From IMG/VR virus record IMGVR_UViG_3300019762_000005, positions 1 to 64,000 of that record: a DNA stretch of 64,000 nucleotides; one strand, written 5' to 3'. The notes beneath the pieces are model-generated. The model did no database searches. It worked only from the letters and a program-made list of their open reading frames with translations, and was not told the origin of the DNA. The DNA is from a virus. Shown in pieces: positions 1 through 10,867 of this stretch (positions are counted from its first letter, which is position 1; each line of letters begins with the position of its first letter). The position numbers and the translations under genes were made by a program.

Positions 1-2
1 AG

Positions 3-1487
3 AGCATCAGTATCTTTAGTAGCTATACCGAATACAGATTTCTGAAGTTTAGCTCCGTGAATATTTGTAGTCTCATAATCAAGATTACCTACTATATTGT
101 CTATAGTTGCTCCATCTAATCCTTTACCGTCAAGTGCTGATCTAAGTATGTTCTCTCCTAATAATGTGTTAGCAGCTATGACTTCTTCCCCTGTATCTTT
201 AGGTGCTGAGATATACATATCTAGTAATTCTGCATCTAAATGATTATACTTGCTCTTGATCGCATTGTTCAATTCTTCTTTAGCTCTAAGTCTTTCTGGA
301 TGAGCTTGATTATACTGCTCATCATGGAATCCTTTTATCTGCTTACTACGTTCGTAGTTAGATTTTCTAGCTCGTTCAGAAGCAGTAAGAACTTCTCCTC
401 TTTCCAATTTCTTATTGATAGATCTAACGCCTTTACGAGCTTCAGCCCAGTTGGCATTTCCTTTATCATCAACCTTTACATTCTCTTGAGTCTCAAAAAG
501 TCTCAACCGATTATCTTCTTCAACTTTAGTAGGTGTAGCTTTTGCTCTAGCTTCAGCTTGCATTGCTGCAGCAGACTTAGTAAGTTGTCCATGTTTCTTT
601 TCTTTAGAGAAAGAGTACGCATTTATAGCAGATGTAATAGCAGCTCCTAGTTCAGTGTTAGGGTTAATCTTTCCTGTAGCTGTATCAATAGCATAGTTAC
701 CTCCTTCACCTTCAAGATTCCCTTGAGTATCTATACCAAGGTTCGCTCTTCCACCTACTTGAGCCATACGAGCAAACTCATCACGCTTCGCCATGATACC
801 AGGAATAATACTAGACCCAAGTTTTGCTTTATCAACAAATACTTTTTGACCCTGTATTACAAGTTCGTAATATGGATTACCAGGAACAGGTTTAGTAGTG
901 ACACCAAGGTCAATACCATCTTCCTTTACACGTTTACCTAAATCGTCAGTGTACTTAATAGGGTCAACACGGTCAAGTATGTCAGCTCGTTCTCCGCTCA
1001 ACCCTTCTAAGTACGAAAGAGATGCGTCGTCACCTCCGCTATAAGCTGTTTGCTTATCTATGAATGCTTGTTTTTGAGCAAAGACATGTTGCCTGTCTGC
1101 TGTTGTTTTAGCCGCTTTAGCAGCTTCATCAAAATTAGAAATAGTACTATCATAATCTTTTTTCCTTTGTATGTACGGAGCTAAATCGCCACTCTTAGTA
1201 GCTTTCCTGAAATCTCTATTAAGATCCATTATCTGAGACGTTAAACTCCTAGAGTCTTCTAAAGCTCCCGGGGTATTAATTAGGTCTTGAACCTGTTGGT
1301 TATATGGATCAAGAGTACTACTTAGGTTAGCTCTGTCCGCATCTATTCCTTCTACGTCAAAAGGATTGGCAGATATAGTATTTTTGAGTCCGTCTTGTGC
1401 AACTTTCTTTTTAGCTAAAGCTGCATAATAAGGCTGAGTATTTATATCTATTCCTCCTAGTATTGGATTACTGAATTTGTTTGGCAT
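3..1487 (-). CDS. Putative virion cargo/ejection protein, partial (runs off left edge)
   Basis: Not in ORF track; ATG at 1487 (MPNKFSNPILGGIDINTQPYY...) reads open to the window edge. Directly downstream of the cargo-1-like gene, where crAss-like phages encode ejected cargo proteins and the virion RNAP. Confidence 0.65.
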   Translation of the reverse strand, partial: MPNKFSNPILGGIDINTQPYYAALAKKKVAQDGLKNTISANPFDVEGIDADRANLSSTLDPYNQQVQDLINTPGALEDSRSLTSQIMDLNRDFRKATKSGDLAPYIQRKKDYDSTISNFDEAAKAAKTTADRQHVFAQKQAFIDKQTAYSGGDDASLSYLEGLSGERADILDRVDPIKYTDDLGKRVKEDGIDLGVTTKPVPGNPYYELVIQGQKVFVDKAKLGSSIIPGIMAKRDEFARMAQVGGRANLGIDTQGNLEGEGGNYAIDTATGKINPNTELGAAITSAINAYSFSKEKKHGQLTKSAAAMQAEARAKATPTKVEEDNRLRLFETQENVKVDDKGNANWAEARKGVRSINKKLERGEVLTASERARKSNYERSKQIKGFHDEQYNQAHPERLRAKEELNNAIKSKYNHLDAELLDMYISAPKDTGEEVIAANTLLGENILRSALDGKGLDGATIDNIVGNLDYETTNIHGAKLQKSVFGIATKDTDA

Positions 1488-1490
1488 ATC

Positions 1491-3122
1491 TTATCCTCTT
1501 TTATAATTCTTCATAAATTCTGGATTCTGCATAATCAAGAAAGCTTCTTCGGCATTCTTAGCATAGCCCATTTGTACAAGCTCGTTTGCAGTTGCTTTGT
1601 TAAATCTGTTCTGAGCATAGGTATTAGCTATTTGCTGACCTTGTAATGCTGCAGCTCCTAGATGAGACTCCTTAGCTGCCACAGAAGCTTGATTCGTTTC
1701 ATCAACTCTGAATTGACGTTGAGCATTCAAGTTGTCAACATTTAGCTGATTCCCGATATTGAATTGGTCTGCACCCATTTGTCTTTGAGCGTCAATGTTC
1801 TCTTTTTGCACTAATGCTGCTGAGTCAGCTCTCTGCTTATTAACTTGAGCGTTTGCAATGTTCGACAAGTATGAGCCTGAAGAACCAGCACTTGCTGAAG
1901 CTATAGCATCACGTTGAGCGTTGAAAGTCTCCACATTTTTAGCTATGAGCGGATTGATATTTACCTCTGGAGCTTTCAACTTCCCAACTGATGTTTGATA
2001 ATCTTGAGCTCTTAATTTGTCTGCAGGTTTTAATCCCTGTACTAAATTGTACGCCAATGGAGCGTAAGCACCTACATTTTCGATTCCTTTGAGTAAAGGC
2101 TCGGTATTTCCAAGATCTCCACCGTTAGCGTACATCTTGTCCATATTCCCTCCGTAAGCATAAGGTTGACCTTGAGGATGAGTTGCTCCAGCCATCATTG
2201 ATCCATCTGGCATTTGATGTTGCGGTTGTTGCGGTTGAGGCATCTCTACTCTTTTAAAAGCTTCTTGTGCTTCTATAAGTCGCTTCATTTCTTCCTTCTT
2301 TGAGTTAGCATCTATACGATCACCTTTTCTCATGGAATACTTTTTATCTAGCTCTTTAGAATAGTCTGAAAATGACTTTCCTACAAACTTCTCTGGAATC
2401 TTAAACTCTCCTGCTAATTGTTTATTGATAAGTATCCTGTCAGAAAACACATAATTCTCTGGAGTGTACTCAGTCTCACCTTGTTCAACAGAATTTCCGT
2501 TACCCATAGGTACTCCTCCTAAAGGATTTTGTTCGTGTAAACCTCCAGCGTCAAAAGATACAAGATCTTCCATACCTCCAGCTCCTTGTTGAGACATTCC
2601 TCCACCCATAGCAAACTGCCCTCCTTGACCTACGTTTGTAATAACGCTTGTCGGTTGATACAACCTTTGTTGTTCTAGGCTTAGAGATTTGTTTTGTTTT
2701 TCTTGATTGGCTAGATTTAAACTTTCTAGTTCTTTGGACTGTTGGTTCTCAGCATGAGCTCCAAGTCCTGCAGCTAATCCGCCAAGAACAGCTCCACCAG
2801 CAATACCCCAAGGCCCTAAAGCTGCGCCTGCACTCGCTCCAGAAATAGCTCCTTGACCAAAACTACCAATAAGGTTAGCGTTGTTCTTGTCCATACCTCC
2901 ACCATAAGCTAGTTGCTGTAAAGGCATTCTGTTAATTTCAGGCATCGCGCCCATTTGAGGCAAAGCTAAAGTGTCAAGCCCTCCTTGCATTACATCTATA
3001 TTTATAGGAGCAATAAGAGGAAAATCTTGATCCTCAGCTGGTATTCCAGTGTAAACTTTCTTTTTCTTCTTATTCTTGTCTCCTGGACCTCCTCTGTAGA
3101 TACCGTTTAAATTGTTAGCCAT
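1491..3122 (-). CDS. Virion cargo protein 1-like (ejected protein with membrane segment)
   Basis: Gly/Ala-rich hydrophobic hairpin (GAISGASAGAALGPWGIAGGAVLGGLAAGLGA), GGLHEQNPLGGV...VEQGE motif, repeated (Y/F)A(Y/M/N)GG motifs; follows the muzzle gene as in crAss-like phages. Confidence 0.75.
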   Translation of the reverse strand: MANNLNGIYRGGPGDKNKKKKKVYTGIPAEDQDFPLIAPINIDVMQGGLDTLALPQMGAMPEINRMPLQQLAYGGGMDKNNANLIGSFGQGAISGASAGAALGPWGIAGGAVLGGLAAGLGAHAENQQSKELESLNLANQEKQNKSLSLEQQRLYQPTSVITNVGQGGQFAMGGGMSQQGAGGMEDLVSFDAGGLHEQNPLGGVPMGNGNSVEQGETEYTPENYVFSDRILINKQLAGEFKIPEKFVGKSFSDYSKELDKKYSMRKGDRIDANSKKEEMKRLIEAQEAFKRVEMPQPQQPQHQMPDGSMMAGATHPQGQPYAYGGNMDKMYANGGDLGNTEPLLKGIENVGAYAPLAYNLVQGLKPADKLRAQDYQTSVGKLKAPEVNINPLIAKNVETFNAQRDAIASASAGSSGSYLSNIANAQVNKQRADSAALVQKENIDAQRQMGADQFNIGNQLNVDNLNAQRQFRVDETNQASVAAKESHLGAAALQGQQIANTYAQNRFNKATANELVQMGYAKNAEEAFLIMQNPEFMKNYKRG

Positions 3123-3126
3123 GTTG

Positions 3127-3134
3127 CAAATATA
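3127..3134 (-). promoter_or_regulatory. Bacteroidota -7 promoter element TATATTTG
   Basis: Matches TAnnTTTG; 4 nt upstream of ATG at 3122. Confidence 0.65.
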
Positions 3135-3141
3135 TTAAAAA

Positions 3142-6100
3142 TTAAAACATCTGAAAGTCAAAGTACGATAATACTCTATCCATCTTGAATGTCTTGTTGT
3201 TATTATTTTGAAAGTAAAACTCTACTACGAAGTATGTTGAACGCATTCTTGACTTCCCAACATTACTGTGAGATGGTCTATTGTCCGTTAACTGATTGTC
3301 TCTTGGAATTTTTAGTCTCCATTTGTCAAACCTTCTTTCTATGTACTTGTTTACTGTTACTCCTCTTATCTGTCTAGTCTGAGAAAGATCTACTTTCCCT
3401 GTGTCTTGATTATCGTTATACACTCTAACTGCAGAAATTGTTTCATTTCTTAATGATGATTCTATTAAAGGATTTACAACTCCGTTAAAATCTTCATCGT
3501 AAAACGTTCCTTTGTCATGCAGCATATTAACTTTAGAGTTAAACTCTATAAATCTGAGTATCTTGTTGTAGTCAGACCTTTCGTTAACTACGATACTAAT
3601 CATAGACTCTACCGGATCGTTATCGTAATATACTCCATGTTCTCCGCAGCCGTGTCTATACACTTGAGTATTGTTCTCTGGGTTAGGAGAGAAAATAGTT
3701 CCGTTGTTATTGACGTAAATGTTTGGCCTAAACTTGTAGAAAGAGTTGAATGCGGCATTCATTTCATTAAAAGCCATTGTGTATCCAGTTCTTCTATTAA
3801 CTAAGTAAGGAGGGTTCGTTATAGCACTGTCATCTAGGTATTGTTGCCAAGTGAATCCAGCATTAAAAGTTTGAGTGGTATTGCCAGTGTATTGAACCAG
3901 CTGACCATCTATAACTATGTGCTCTCCTGGATTCAATGTCGTACCAGCCAATATAGGCTTGGTAGAGCTCGTGTCTCCATTGCTTCTTTTTTCAACCCCT
4001 AAAAAGGTATAGACAACAATCTTTTCTTTCGTATCATAAGTACAATGAACTCCTTTGTCTAGCAACGGATTGTCTCCGCCGTCAGATTTAGTCAGTAAGA
4101 CATCTTGATGTAGTGTTCTGTTGAAGAATCCATGAAAACCTTTTAAGTCGCTTATAGGTCCGTTTCCTCCTCCAGTAAACCTCATCATCTTTCTATGAGT
4201 AGCATCGAAATACCAAATACTATTGTCGGTTGCTAGAGCTCCCCATTGATGTATGCATCCGTGTTTTGTCGAGATATATCCATAATCTCGCAATCCTTGA
4301 CCTGTACCAAGCTCTGTAGATACTCCATCAGAAGCAACTACTAATGCTCTTTCATTAATCAAGAACTTTCCAAATCCTCTGTCTTGTAAGTAATAAATCT
4401 CATCATTAAGATTTAAAAGCCTATTGATTGGTCCGTACTTAGTGTCAACATCTAAATAGTTGTTTGTTCTAAATTTCGACCAAGAATCTACAGTCTCTCC
4501 ATTAATCTTTGCATCAGATATAAATGTTCTAACATCTTGAGTCTTAGGACAAGAACAATCGCTAAATTCTATAGGTTTCGGAAAGTACGTAACGTTTCTA
4601 TCTACCTCGGAATATACAGTATTGTATAGGAACATATCTCCTTCAGTACCTCCAGTCTCAACTCGTCTATAGCCATCTGGATTTCCATCATCATCATGGT
4701 CAAAAGAATTGCCTTTGTTGTAGGTGTTCCCATGAGTAAGCTCCAGATTGATTCTTGATTCCACAGGTATCATAGCTACCTCAAAGTAGGAGTCATTATC
4801 GTCAGTCACGTTAGCAGATAGTCCTCTTGTTTGAGCAAAGCTATCCCAGAACAATCTTAAGAAGTCAAAGTATCCTACATATATATCTCCTCCGAATACA
4901 GTAGTTGTAGTTGCTCCATTTCGTAAAAGGTGAGTACAAGGTATAAATACATTCGACGCTACCTTTTCTGGACCAGTTCCTCCGTATTGTTCTGTAACGT
5001 ACCTTTGGTACTCCAAAATGTTTCTTGTGAAGTTTCCTGGATTTGCGGTTGGAACATAAGCCGTATTAGCTACTCCACCTGCTACAGGGGTGCTGAATAC
5101 ATTTGCTCCCTGGTGGTTAAGTGTTAACGTAAGATTTGTACCTTGGAAAGCTCCTTGAGTATAGTCGGAAGAATCTACCGCTAATCCACCTGCACCATAG
5201 ATACCATAGTTTCTAAAGTTCTGAGTATTCACGTTTTGAAGAGCAAAGTCTCCTTGTCCTCCACCAGTTCTAACGAATCCTGTTATTATAGCGGTATTGT
5301 CTACTCCAGCAAAACCAGGAAGCCCTCCAGCAACTCTAGTTTTATCAACAACTTCTTGTCCACCTATATACCCAGGGTTTGCAGGGTTCTCTCCTGGAGT
5401 GGTAGAAGCTCCTCCTGAAGCAACATCTTCAGCACTTATATTGTTGTACAATCCTACAGATCGAATAACATCATTACCGTCAACAAATCCAGAAGTAAAA
5501 GCATTGTATGTTTGCTCTGGACTAAAGAAAGAGATCATGTCAGAATTAGAAGTTCCTCCGTTGTAATTGTTAGGAGAAGACATTGTAAATCTACTTCCTA
5601 TAGATGGGGGTGTGAAATTGACTCCTCCGTGAGTGTAGTATTTGACACCTACGCCTTGGTAAAGCTTTGTTGAATTTTGAACGTTTCTATCGACACGAAC
5701 AATTTTGTACCCTGATATTTGAGCAGTAAGACAAGCTGGTAGTGCAATCTCAAAGTCAACTCCAAGAGTAAAACCTTTTACATTTCCAAAAGCATCTACT
5801 TCTGTTATAGGAGCATTCGTAACAGACGGCATACGTATATCACCAATGTAATATACGAATGACGCTGTACCCTTTTTAGAGAAGAATACTATTCCAAAAC
5901 GATAGATTTCTCCTCGTTTATATCCGGTCTTATGACCTGCAATGTATGATGAAGCGAAATTGTCATGACGCTTTCTAACGTGTGTGTATTCAGAACTGAT
6001 ATTAAATGTCCCATCTCCAAAAGGAGTAGAACCAAATTGACTGTTCAACCCATCATCTAACAAGAACTCTTCGTTCTTAAATGTATATTTTACATAACCG

Positions 6101-7395
6101 TTTGGACTTTCACCTCCAAGCTGATTATCCAATCTAAACCTGTATCTTCGATGCGAGGTTGACCAGTCATTTATAGTTCCAGTAGGATTCGATCCGTTTG
6201 CTCTTCCTGAATCGTCATTGTATGGATTGCTATACAAAGCTTCACGAGCAGTAAGTCCATGAGTCGCTTGCATGAATGTTTGATGACTTGCAGTTGGCAC
6301 ACCACCAAAGGCGTATCTCAATGTTACAAAGTCATCAGTATCTATACAAGTCGGTTCGAAGCAGTCCTCTTTAATATTTGATGCTAACAGGATATTGTCT
6401 TTTACTTCAAATGTTTTGTTAGTGTGAAAAGGATAGAAGTTCTGAACGTAATCAGCAAAAGTTATTGCTATCGCATTCGATTCATTACCAGAGTCAGTAA
6501 CTGTATAGTCTGTTCCTCCGTCAACATTTACCGTATCAATCTGATGTATAACAGGAGCATTTCCGTAAGTATCCTTAAAGATTCTTATCAGAGTAAGTGT
6601 ACTGTAATTACTCACATTAATAGTTGACAAATCAATATCTACTTGTATCGCCTTTCCAGTATTAGTACCTCTTACACTACCTTCTATATCCGAAGTGTTG
6701 GTGTTGTCAGTACCCTGGTATAGGGGTATAAGCTTTGATGCATGAGCAATGATAGTTTGCTTCCCGTCATCACTAAGTAATCTATAGGCGTACTGATATA
6801 CACCTGCAGCTAAGTTACCTCCTCCGATAATGTTTGTTAATACAGGGTTCAATAGAGTAGCATCTGGATGTATGTCTAAGTCGCTTGGAGTTATACCTCC
6901 ATAAGAAGTTGGTCCAGTGTAAGCACCAGTACCAAAATTCGGATCTGAAATATTAATAGATCGAGTAGCTTCGTTGTAGTCAGAAAACACTACCCTTCTA
7001 GTACACTCATTTTCCCATCTACCTACAGCTTCTATTGGGTGAAAAGCTGAGAAGTTCAAGTCTGGATGGTCGTACACTAGATTCAGAGTCGCTCCACAAT
7101 CAGTATCGTAGTCAACTCTGTAGATGTACCCATGTCCTCCGACTTGTGTATCTACGGTAGATGTGAAAAGAATAATCTGCTCTCGTATATGTGCAGATCC
7201 TATAATTTTCTCATTAGTATTTGGAAGAGTAATATTCAAACTATTACCTCTAAAGTTTATGACAGAATGGTTTGAATCACCATCTGTAGTAATAACTTTA
7301 ATATCCTCTGCGTGATAATAAGTAGAATTCTTTACTGAATTAACAGAAGAATCCTTATCCATTCCTCCATTGAATGTATTAATAGTTTGTTGCAT
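3142..7395 (-). CDS. Tail muzzle / stabilization protein
   Basis: 1417 aa; N-terminal NTFNGGMDKD, GYKRGEIYRFGIVF, DSWSKFRTNNYLDVDTKYGPI, C-terminal RMRSTY; crAss-like synteny. Confidence 0.85.
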   Translation of the reverse strand: MQQTINTFNGGMDKDSSVNSVKNSTYYHAEDIKVITTDGDSNHSVINFRGNSLNITLPNTNEKIIGSAHIREQIILFTSTVDTQVGGHGYIYRVDYDTDCGATLNLVYDHPDLNFSAFHPIEAVGRWENECTRRVVFSDYNEATRSINISDPNFGTGAYTGPTSYGGITPSDLDIHPDATLLNPVLTNIIGGGNLAAGVYQYAYRLLSDDGKQTIIAHASKLIPLYQGTDNTNTSDIEGSVRGTNTGKAIQVDIDLSTINVSNYSTLTLIRIFKDTYGNAPVIHQIDTVNVDGGTDYTVTDSGNESNAIAITFADYVQNFYPFHTNKTFEVKDNILLASNIKEDCFEPTCIDTDDFVTLRYAFGGVPTASHQTFMQATHGLTAREALYSNPYNDDSGRANGSNPTGTINDWSTSHRRYRFRLDNQLGGESPNGYVKYTFKNEEFLLDDGLNSQFGSTPFGDGTFNISSEYTHVRKRHDNFASSYIAGHKTGYKRGEIYRFGIVFFSKKGTASFVYYIGDIRMPSVTNAPITEVDAFGNVKGFTLGVDFEIALPACLTAQISGYKIVRVDRNVQNSTKLYQGVGVKYYTHGGVNFTPPSIGSRFTMSSPNNYNGGTSNSDMISFFSPEQTYNAFTSGFVDGNDVIRSVGLYNNISAEDVASGGASTTPGENPANPGYIGGQEVVDKTRVAGGLPGFAGVDNTAIITGFVRTGGGQGDFALQNVNTQNFRNYGIYGAGGLAVDSSDYTQGAFQGTNLTLTLNHQGANVFSTPVAGGVANTAYVPTANPGNFTRNILEYQRYVTEQYGGTGPEKVASNVFIPCTHLLRNGATTTTVFGGDIYVGYFDFLRLFWDSFAQTRGLSANVTDDNDSYFEVAMIPVESRINLELTHGNTYNKGNSFDHDDDGNPDGYRRVETGGTEGDMFLYNTVYSEVDRNVTYFPKPIEFSDCSCPKTQDVRTFISDAKINGETVDSWSKFRTNNYLDVDTKYGPINRLLNLNDEIYYLQDRGFGKFLINERALVVASDGVSTELGTGQGLRDYGYISTKHGCIHQWGALATDNSIWYFDATHRKMMRFTGGGNGPISDLKGFHGFFNRTLHQDVLLTKSDGGDNPLLDKGVHCTYDTKEKIVVYTFLGVEKRSNGDTSSTKPILAGTTLNPGEHIVIDGQLVQYTGNTTQTFNAGFTWQQYLDDSAITNPPYLVNRRTGYTMAFNEMNAAFNSFYKFRPNIYVNNNGTIFSPNPENNTQVYRHGCGEHGVYYDNDPVESMISIVVNERSDYNKILRFIEFNSKVNMLHDKGTFYDEDFNGVVNPLIESSLRNETISAVRVYNDNQDTGKVDLSQTRQIRGVTVNKYIERRFDKWRLKIPRDNQLTDNRPSHSNVGKSRMRSTYFVVEFYFQNNNNKTFKMDRVLSYFDFQMF

Positions 7396-7405
7396 GTTTT
7401 TGTAT

Positions 7406-8164
7406 TTATGATCCGTCTACATTCTTGCGCCAGTGCCTAATTTCAGGAGCTTGCATATTCTTAAAGAATGTAGAGTGGTCGTTTATCTCAGAAATCATAG
7501 AAGTTCTATCGTTCTTGAATCCTTCCATTCTATCTAAAGAAGGCATCTTCGAGTAGTTAACTGCTTGAGCAAAATACCAATCTCTTTCTCTTTCGTAGTG
7601 GAAGTATTTACCATCGCTTAAATCGTCTCTTTGCCAAAGTATAGACGCAACCTTATGAGCTATAAAACTAGTAGCTCCTTGTATCCATTGTTGATCAGCA
7701 GGAATCATAGGATCTCCTTCATCGTTAGTTGGTAGAGCTTTATACGAAAGTATAACATAACCTTTGTCTTGAGATGTGAATATGTAATTGCTATTAACCT
7801 GGTATGTTAATGAACTAGGACATTTATAATCAGCATCACTACAATGATAGTTTGTATGAAACTTGTCAGTAGCCCATCTCATAGGATGTAGCTTCGCTTT
7901 GCCGCAGTTAATATCTTCAGCAGAACCATACGCAAAAGCAGCCTGAACTATCAAGCTTAAGTCTGATGGTAGAGAACCTCTAGCATCTTTTATTTCTATA
8001 GCTTCTATCTTCGTTGTTAATACTAACGGACTATTAGTTGCAGCCATGAATTCGAATAGCCATATCATAGCCTCTTCGTTGGACATGGTATAGTTCAGTC
8101 CTGAGTTATCTCTATAGTATTTATCAACAATAGATTGGTAGCTAACTAATCTTCCATTCTCCAT
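7406..8164 (-). CDS. Tail ring (tubular) protein
   Basis: 252 aa; YQVNSNYIFTS...LSYKALPTNDEGDPMIP motif; immediately upstream of muzzle. Confidence 0.75.
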   Translation of the reverse strand: MENGRLVSYQSIVDKYYRDNSGLNYTMSNEEAMIWLFEFMAATNSPLVLTTKIEAIEIKDARGSLPSDLSLIVQAAFAYGSAEDINCGKAKLHPMRWATDKFHTNYHCSDADYKCPSSLTYQVNSNYIFTSQDKGYVILSYKALPTNDEGDPMIPADQQWIQGATSFIAHKVASILWQRDDLSDGKYFHYERERDWYFAQAVNYSKMPSLDRMEGFKNDRTSMISEINDHSTFFKNMQAPEIRHWRKNVDGS

Positions 8165-8427
8165 TATAGATTTCCTTCTTTCATAAATTTAGCAAGCTTA
8201 TCCGCTAAAGATAGCTCTTCCATTGGATTAGTTTCTGAGATATACTTTTTAGTGTTATACTCCCATTCTCCATCTGCATTCTTTCCTTCAGTAGAAATAG
8301 TCTTTATGTATCCATTTTCAACTTGCTCTACTACTACAGTTTCTCGGTTTCCATCTTCTTCTATAGACTTCTCCCATCTTTTATATTCTTTTTTAGCCAT
8401 TGGTGATTCTTTTGGTATTAGTGTCAT
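8164..8427 (-). CDS. Small hypothetical protein (start may be ATG 8400)
   Basis: Abuts neighbours in the operon; VEQVENGYI motif. Confidence 0.6.
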   Translation of the reverse strand: MTLIPKESPMAKKEYKRWEKSIEEDGNRETVVVEQVENGYIKTISTEGKNADGEWEYNTKKYISETNPMEELSLADKLAKFMKEGNL

Positions 8428-8954
8428 TGCTCAGTGAAATATACGGTATTTTTTCCATTTGGAGTTTTTAAGTGTTTGGACAACTTCTGTCTAAACCCTT
8501 TTACAGGTACAACTTTATAAAAAGCACTACCCTTTATTACTCCGTTTCTGAGAGTTGCTCTCATCTTATAATAGTATCCATCATTAGAACTATTATCTGA
8601 GAACAAAACTTTCTTATCTTTTATAGCGACAATCTCTTCTCTTGTCATTCCTTTATACTTATCATGCCAAAACTTCCAAGTCTTACCCCAATCTGGATAA
8701 AGATACTTAGTAGTGAAATTTCCTTCCTTATCTGTATATGTAGTTTTTCTCATTTCTACCATTACAGTCATTAAGCTTGGTATGATGAATTTCTTACCTT
8801 CTGTTATTACTTTTTCGATACATCTGTTGTTTACTTCTGATATTAATGAAGCGAAGTCTGAACGAGGCATAGGGTTCTTAACCTCTTTTGGATACCTCTT
8901 TAGTATATGAGACTTCTTAAAATCTATCTTTTCTGCTAATTTTCTTGCTGTCAT
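8424..8954 (-). CDS. HU/IHF-like DNA-binding protein of the crAss tail module
   Basis: Basic 176 aa; helix pair then beta-arm, PDWGKTWKFW motif; position between ring protein genes. Confidence 0.6.
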   Translation of the reverse strand: MTARKLAEKIDFKKSHILKRYPKEVKNPMPRSDFASLISEVNNRCIEKVITEGKKFIIPSLMTVMVEMRKTTYTDKEGNFTTKYLYPDWGKTWKFWHDKYKGMTREEIVAIKDKKVLFSDNSSNDGYYYKMRATLRNGVIKGSAFYKVVPVKGFRQKLSKHLKTPNGKNTVYFTEQ

Positions 8955-8962
8955 ACTTTCTA

Positions 8963-9661
8963 TTAAGCTTTTACGTCTTGTGAATCATTCATTTCATCCT
9001 TTCCAGTCAGTTGCTTTCTCATCATCTGCTCTACTATTATAGGTTTCATGTACTCCCACATCCACATATTTAAAGGATATCCTTCTTCGTAGTTCTCACA
9101 AACAACAGTTGGATCTAAAGACCCGCATTTATTGAACCTCATAACCTCTAAAGGATCTTCAAATACTCCTCTACACTTGATCTTCTCAATCATTAAGAAT
9201 CTTTCGTCAAGAGAATACATATACAGCCTCCTATTGTAAAGAAACACGTAAGTTTGAGCCTTTCCATATAGGGGCTTAGCTAGAAACTCTATCCTTTTGT
9301 AATTTACAAAGTTAAACCTTTTAGCTATTATATCTACAGGTCCTATATCAGTCAGTGCTTTAGAGCTATAAAACTCTATCGAGTTAGGTATGATTTCTTT
9401 AGACCTCAATATTTTACAACCTACAGGAATCACTTCTCCACAACATTCCGCAGAATTAACAACTTCCATTTCTATACACCTTAAGTCCTGTATGACGTTT
9501 GGGTCAATACTTCTTTTGTTCTTATTGTATTCGTTACGCATCCATAAAACACGTTGTTGATTAATAAGATCTACTTGATAGTCTCTGGAAAATGTGGTCT
9601 CCACCTGATTGATATTTAATGCTTCATCAAGTTGAGACGTTAATGTGTCTATTGTAACCAT
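8963..9661 (-). CDS. Tail ring protein
   Basis: 232 aa; QDLRCIEMEVV..CC..GCKILRSKEIIP, GVFEDP, YPL motifs typical of crAss ring proteins. Confidence 0.75.
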   Translation of the reverse strand: MVTIDTLTSQLDEALNINQVETTFSRDYQVDLINQQRVLWMRNEYNKNKRSIDPNVIQDLRCIEMEVVNSAECCGEVIPVGCKILRSKEIIPNSIEFYSSKALTDIGPVDIIAKRFNFVNYKRIEFLAKPLYGKAQTYVFLYNRRLYMYSLDERFLMIEKIKCRGVFEDPLEVMRFNKCGSLDPTVVCENYEEGYPLNMWMWEYMKPIIVEQMMRKQLTGKDEMNDSQDVKA

Positions 9662-9665
9662 ACGT

Positions 9666-9673
9666 CAAATATA
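9666..9673 (-). promoter_or_regulatory. Bacteroidota -7 promoter element TATATTTG
   Basis: TAnnTTTG, 4 nt upstream of ATG 9661. Confidence 0.65.
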
Positions 9674-9679
9674 ATGTTT

Positions 9680-9964
9680 TTACTCGTTTCTTTTAAGAAT
9701 ACTATAAGCCTTTTCTATAACGCACTTCAATTGAGCCTTAGTGGTTTTATTATAAGTAGCTGTTGATAACGGTATATCTCTTGAATCGTACCTATTAGCA
9801 CTACTGATAAGTCCGTTTGTAATCCTAATGTCTTTAAGTAAGTTATCACAAGAAACTCCATATTTCATTTTTTTTATATGTTTCAACACCATAGAAGCAT
9901 ACCTACATTGCAGTATCACTCTATGCTTATTCAAACATTCTACTGTAGATATATCTATTCCCAT
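9680..9964 (-). CDS. Putative small tail hub protein
   Basis: 94 aa helical, Cys-containing; synteny next to ring protein. Confidence 0.5.
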   Translation of the reverse strand: MGIDISTVECLNKHRVILQCRYASMVLKHIKKMKYGVSCDNLLKDIRITNGLISSANRYDSRDIPLSTATYNKTTKAQLKCVIEKAYSILKRNE

Positions 9965-10863
9965 TATATAGTTGTTTTAGCACTGTTATAAGCTGTTACA
10001 AATATAGACCTAACTGTTAAAGTTGGATTTCCCGATTTAGCGAAAACACTAGTTAACGACATTACAAGGTCTGCACTTATTGGTATGTTCAGCAATTGAG
10101 ACGATACACCTGATGGATCTGTGGTCCAAGGAGCTAAGTTTGGATTATGAACTGTTGTTGTAACTGTACCTGTAGCTGTAGTAGCTGTACTCATTCGAGC
10201 TTTTATAACTGTCTTAAGCATAGATGCATCCGTCGCATTTAAAACACCAGTCTGAAAAGCTGTTCCGTTCAAGTCTCCGTTTAAAATATGACTACTCGTT
10301 AATACTGTAGGGATAGAAAGCCAGTCTATCTCAATCTCAAACTCTGCACCAGGAGTACTTAAAAAAGCATACGGTATAGTAGGAGCAGTATATGGAGCTC
10401 CTAAAGCTTCATTCACGTCTGCAGTAACTGTATTATGTGAAAAGTCAGCGTTTGTATTCTGCTTAAACTCCAGAGTAGGCTGATTAATCATAAAGTATTG
10501 ACCAGCAAAATCAGAAGCTACTGGTATTCCTCCTGATATAGTAGTTACTAAAGCCATAAATCCAGTATTGCTAGGAGCTAACGTGAAGCCGTTTCCAGCT
10601 GCGTCATCAGCCCAAGCTGCATAAAAAGCACCTACCAGAGGCTCTGTTAAACTTGTTGTGGTAGCATCATCAAAAGTTACTATCCATTGATTACCTACAT
10701 GGGTAATAGTAGATATACTTCTGCCATTTGTCCCATTCGTTCCGTTAGTACCATTTACTCCGTTCGTTCCTGGTGCTCCTACGGCTCCAGTATCTCCTTT
10801 ATCACCTTTTATGTTTGTAAGGTCCATGCCTGTTCTTCCACAAGCGTCACATGATTCTGCCAT
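9964..10863 (-). CDS. Collagen-repeat tail fibre-like protein (likely start ATG 10863)
   Basis: N-terminal CxxC (MAESCDACG), GXY repeats (KGDKGDTGAVGAPGTNGVNGTNGTNG), beta-rich C-terminus. Confidence 0.65.
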   Translation of the reverse strand: MAESCDACGRTGMDLTNIKGDKGDTGAVGAPGTNGVNGTNGTNGTNGRSISTITHVGNQWIVTFDDATTTSLTEPLVGAFYAAWADDAAGNGFTLAPSNTGFMALVTTISGGIPVASDFAGQYFMINQPTLEFKQNTNADFSHNTVTADVNEALGAPYTAPTIPYAFLSTPGAEFEIEIDWLSIPTVLTSSHILNGDLNGTAFQTGVLNATDASMLKTVIKARMSTATTATGTVTTTVHNPNLAPWTTDPSGVSSQLLNIPISADLVMSLTSVFAKSGNPTLTVRSIFVTAYNSAKTTI

Positions 10864-10867
10864 ATTT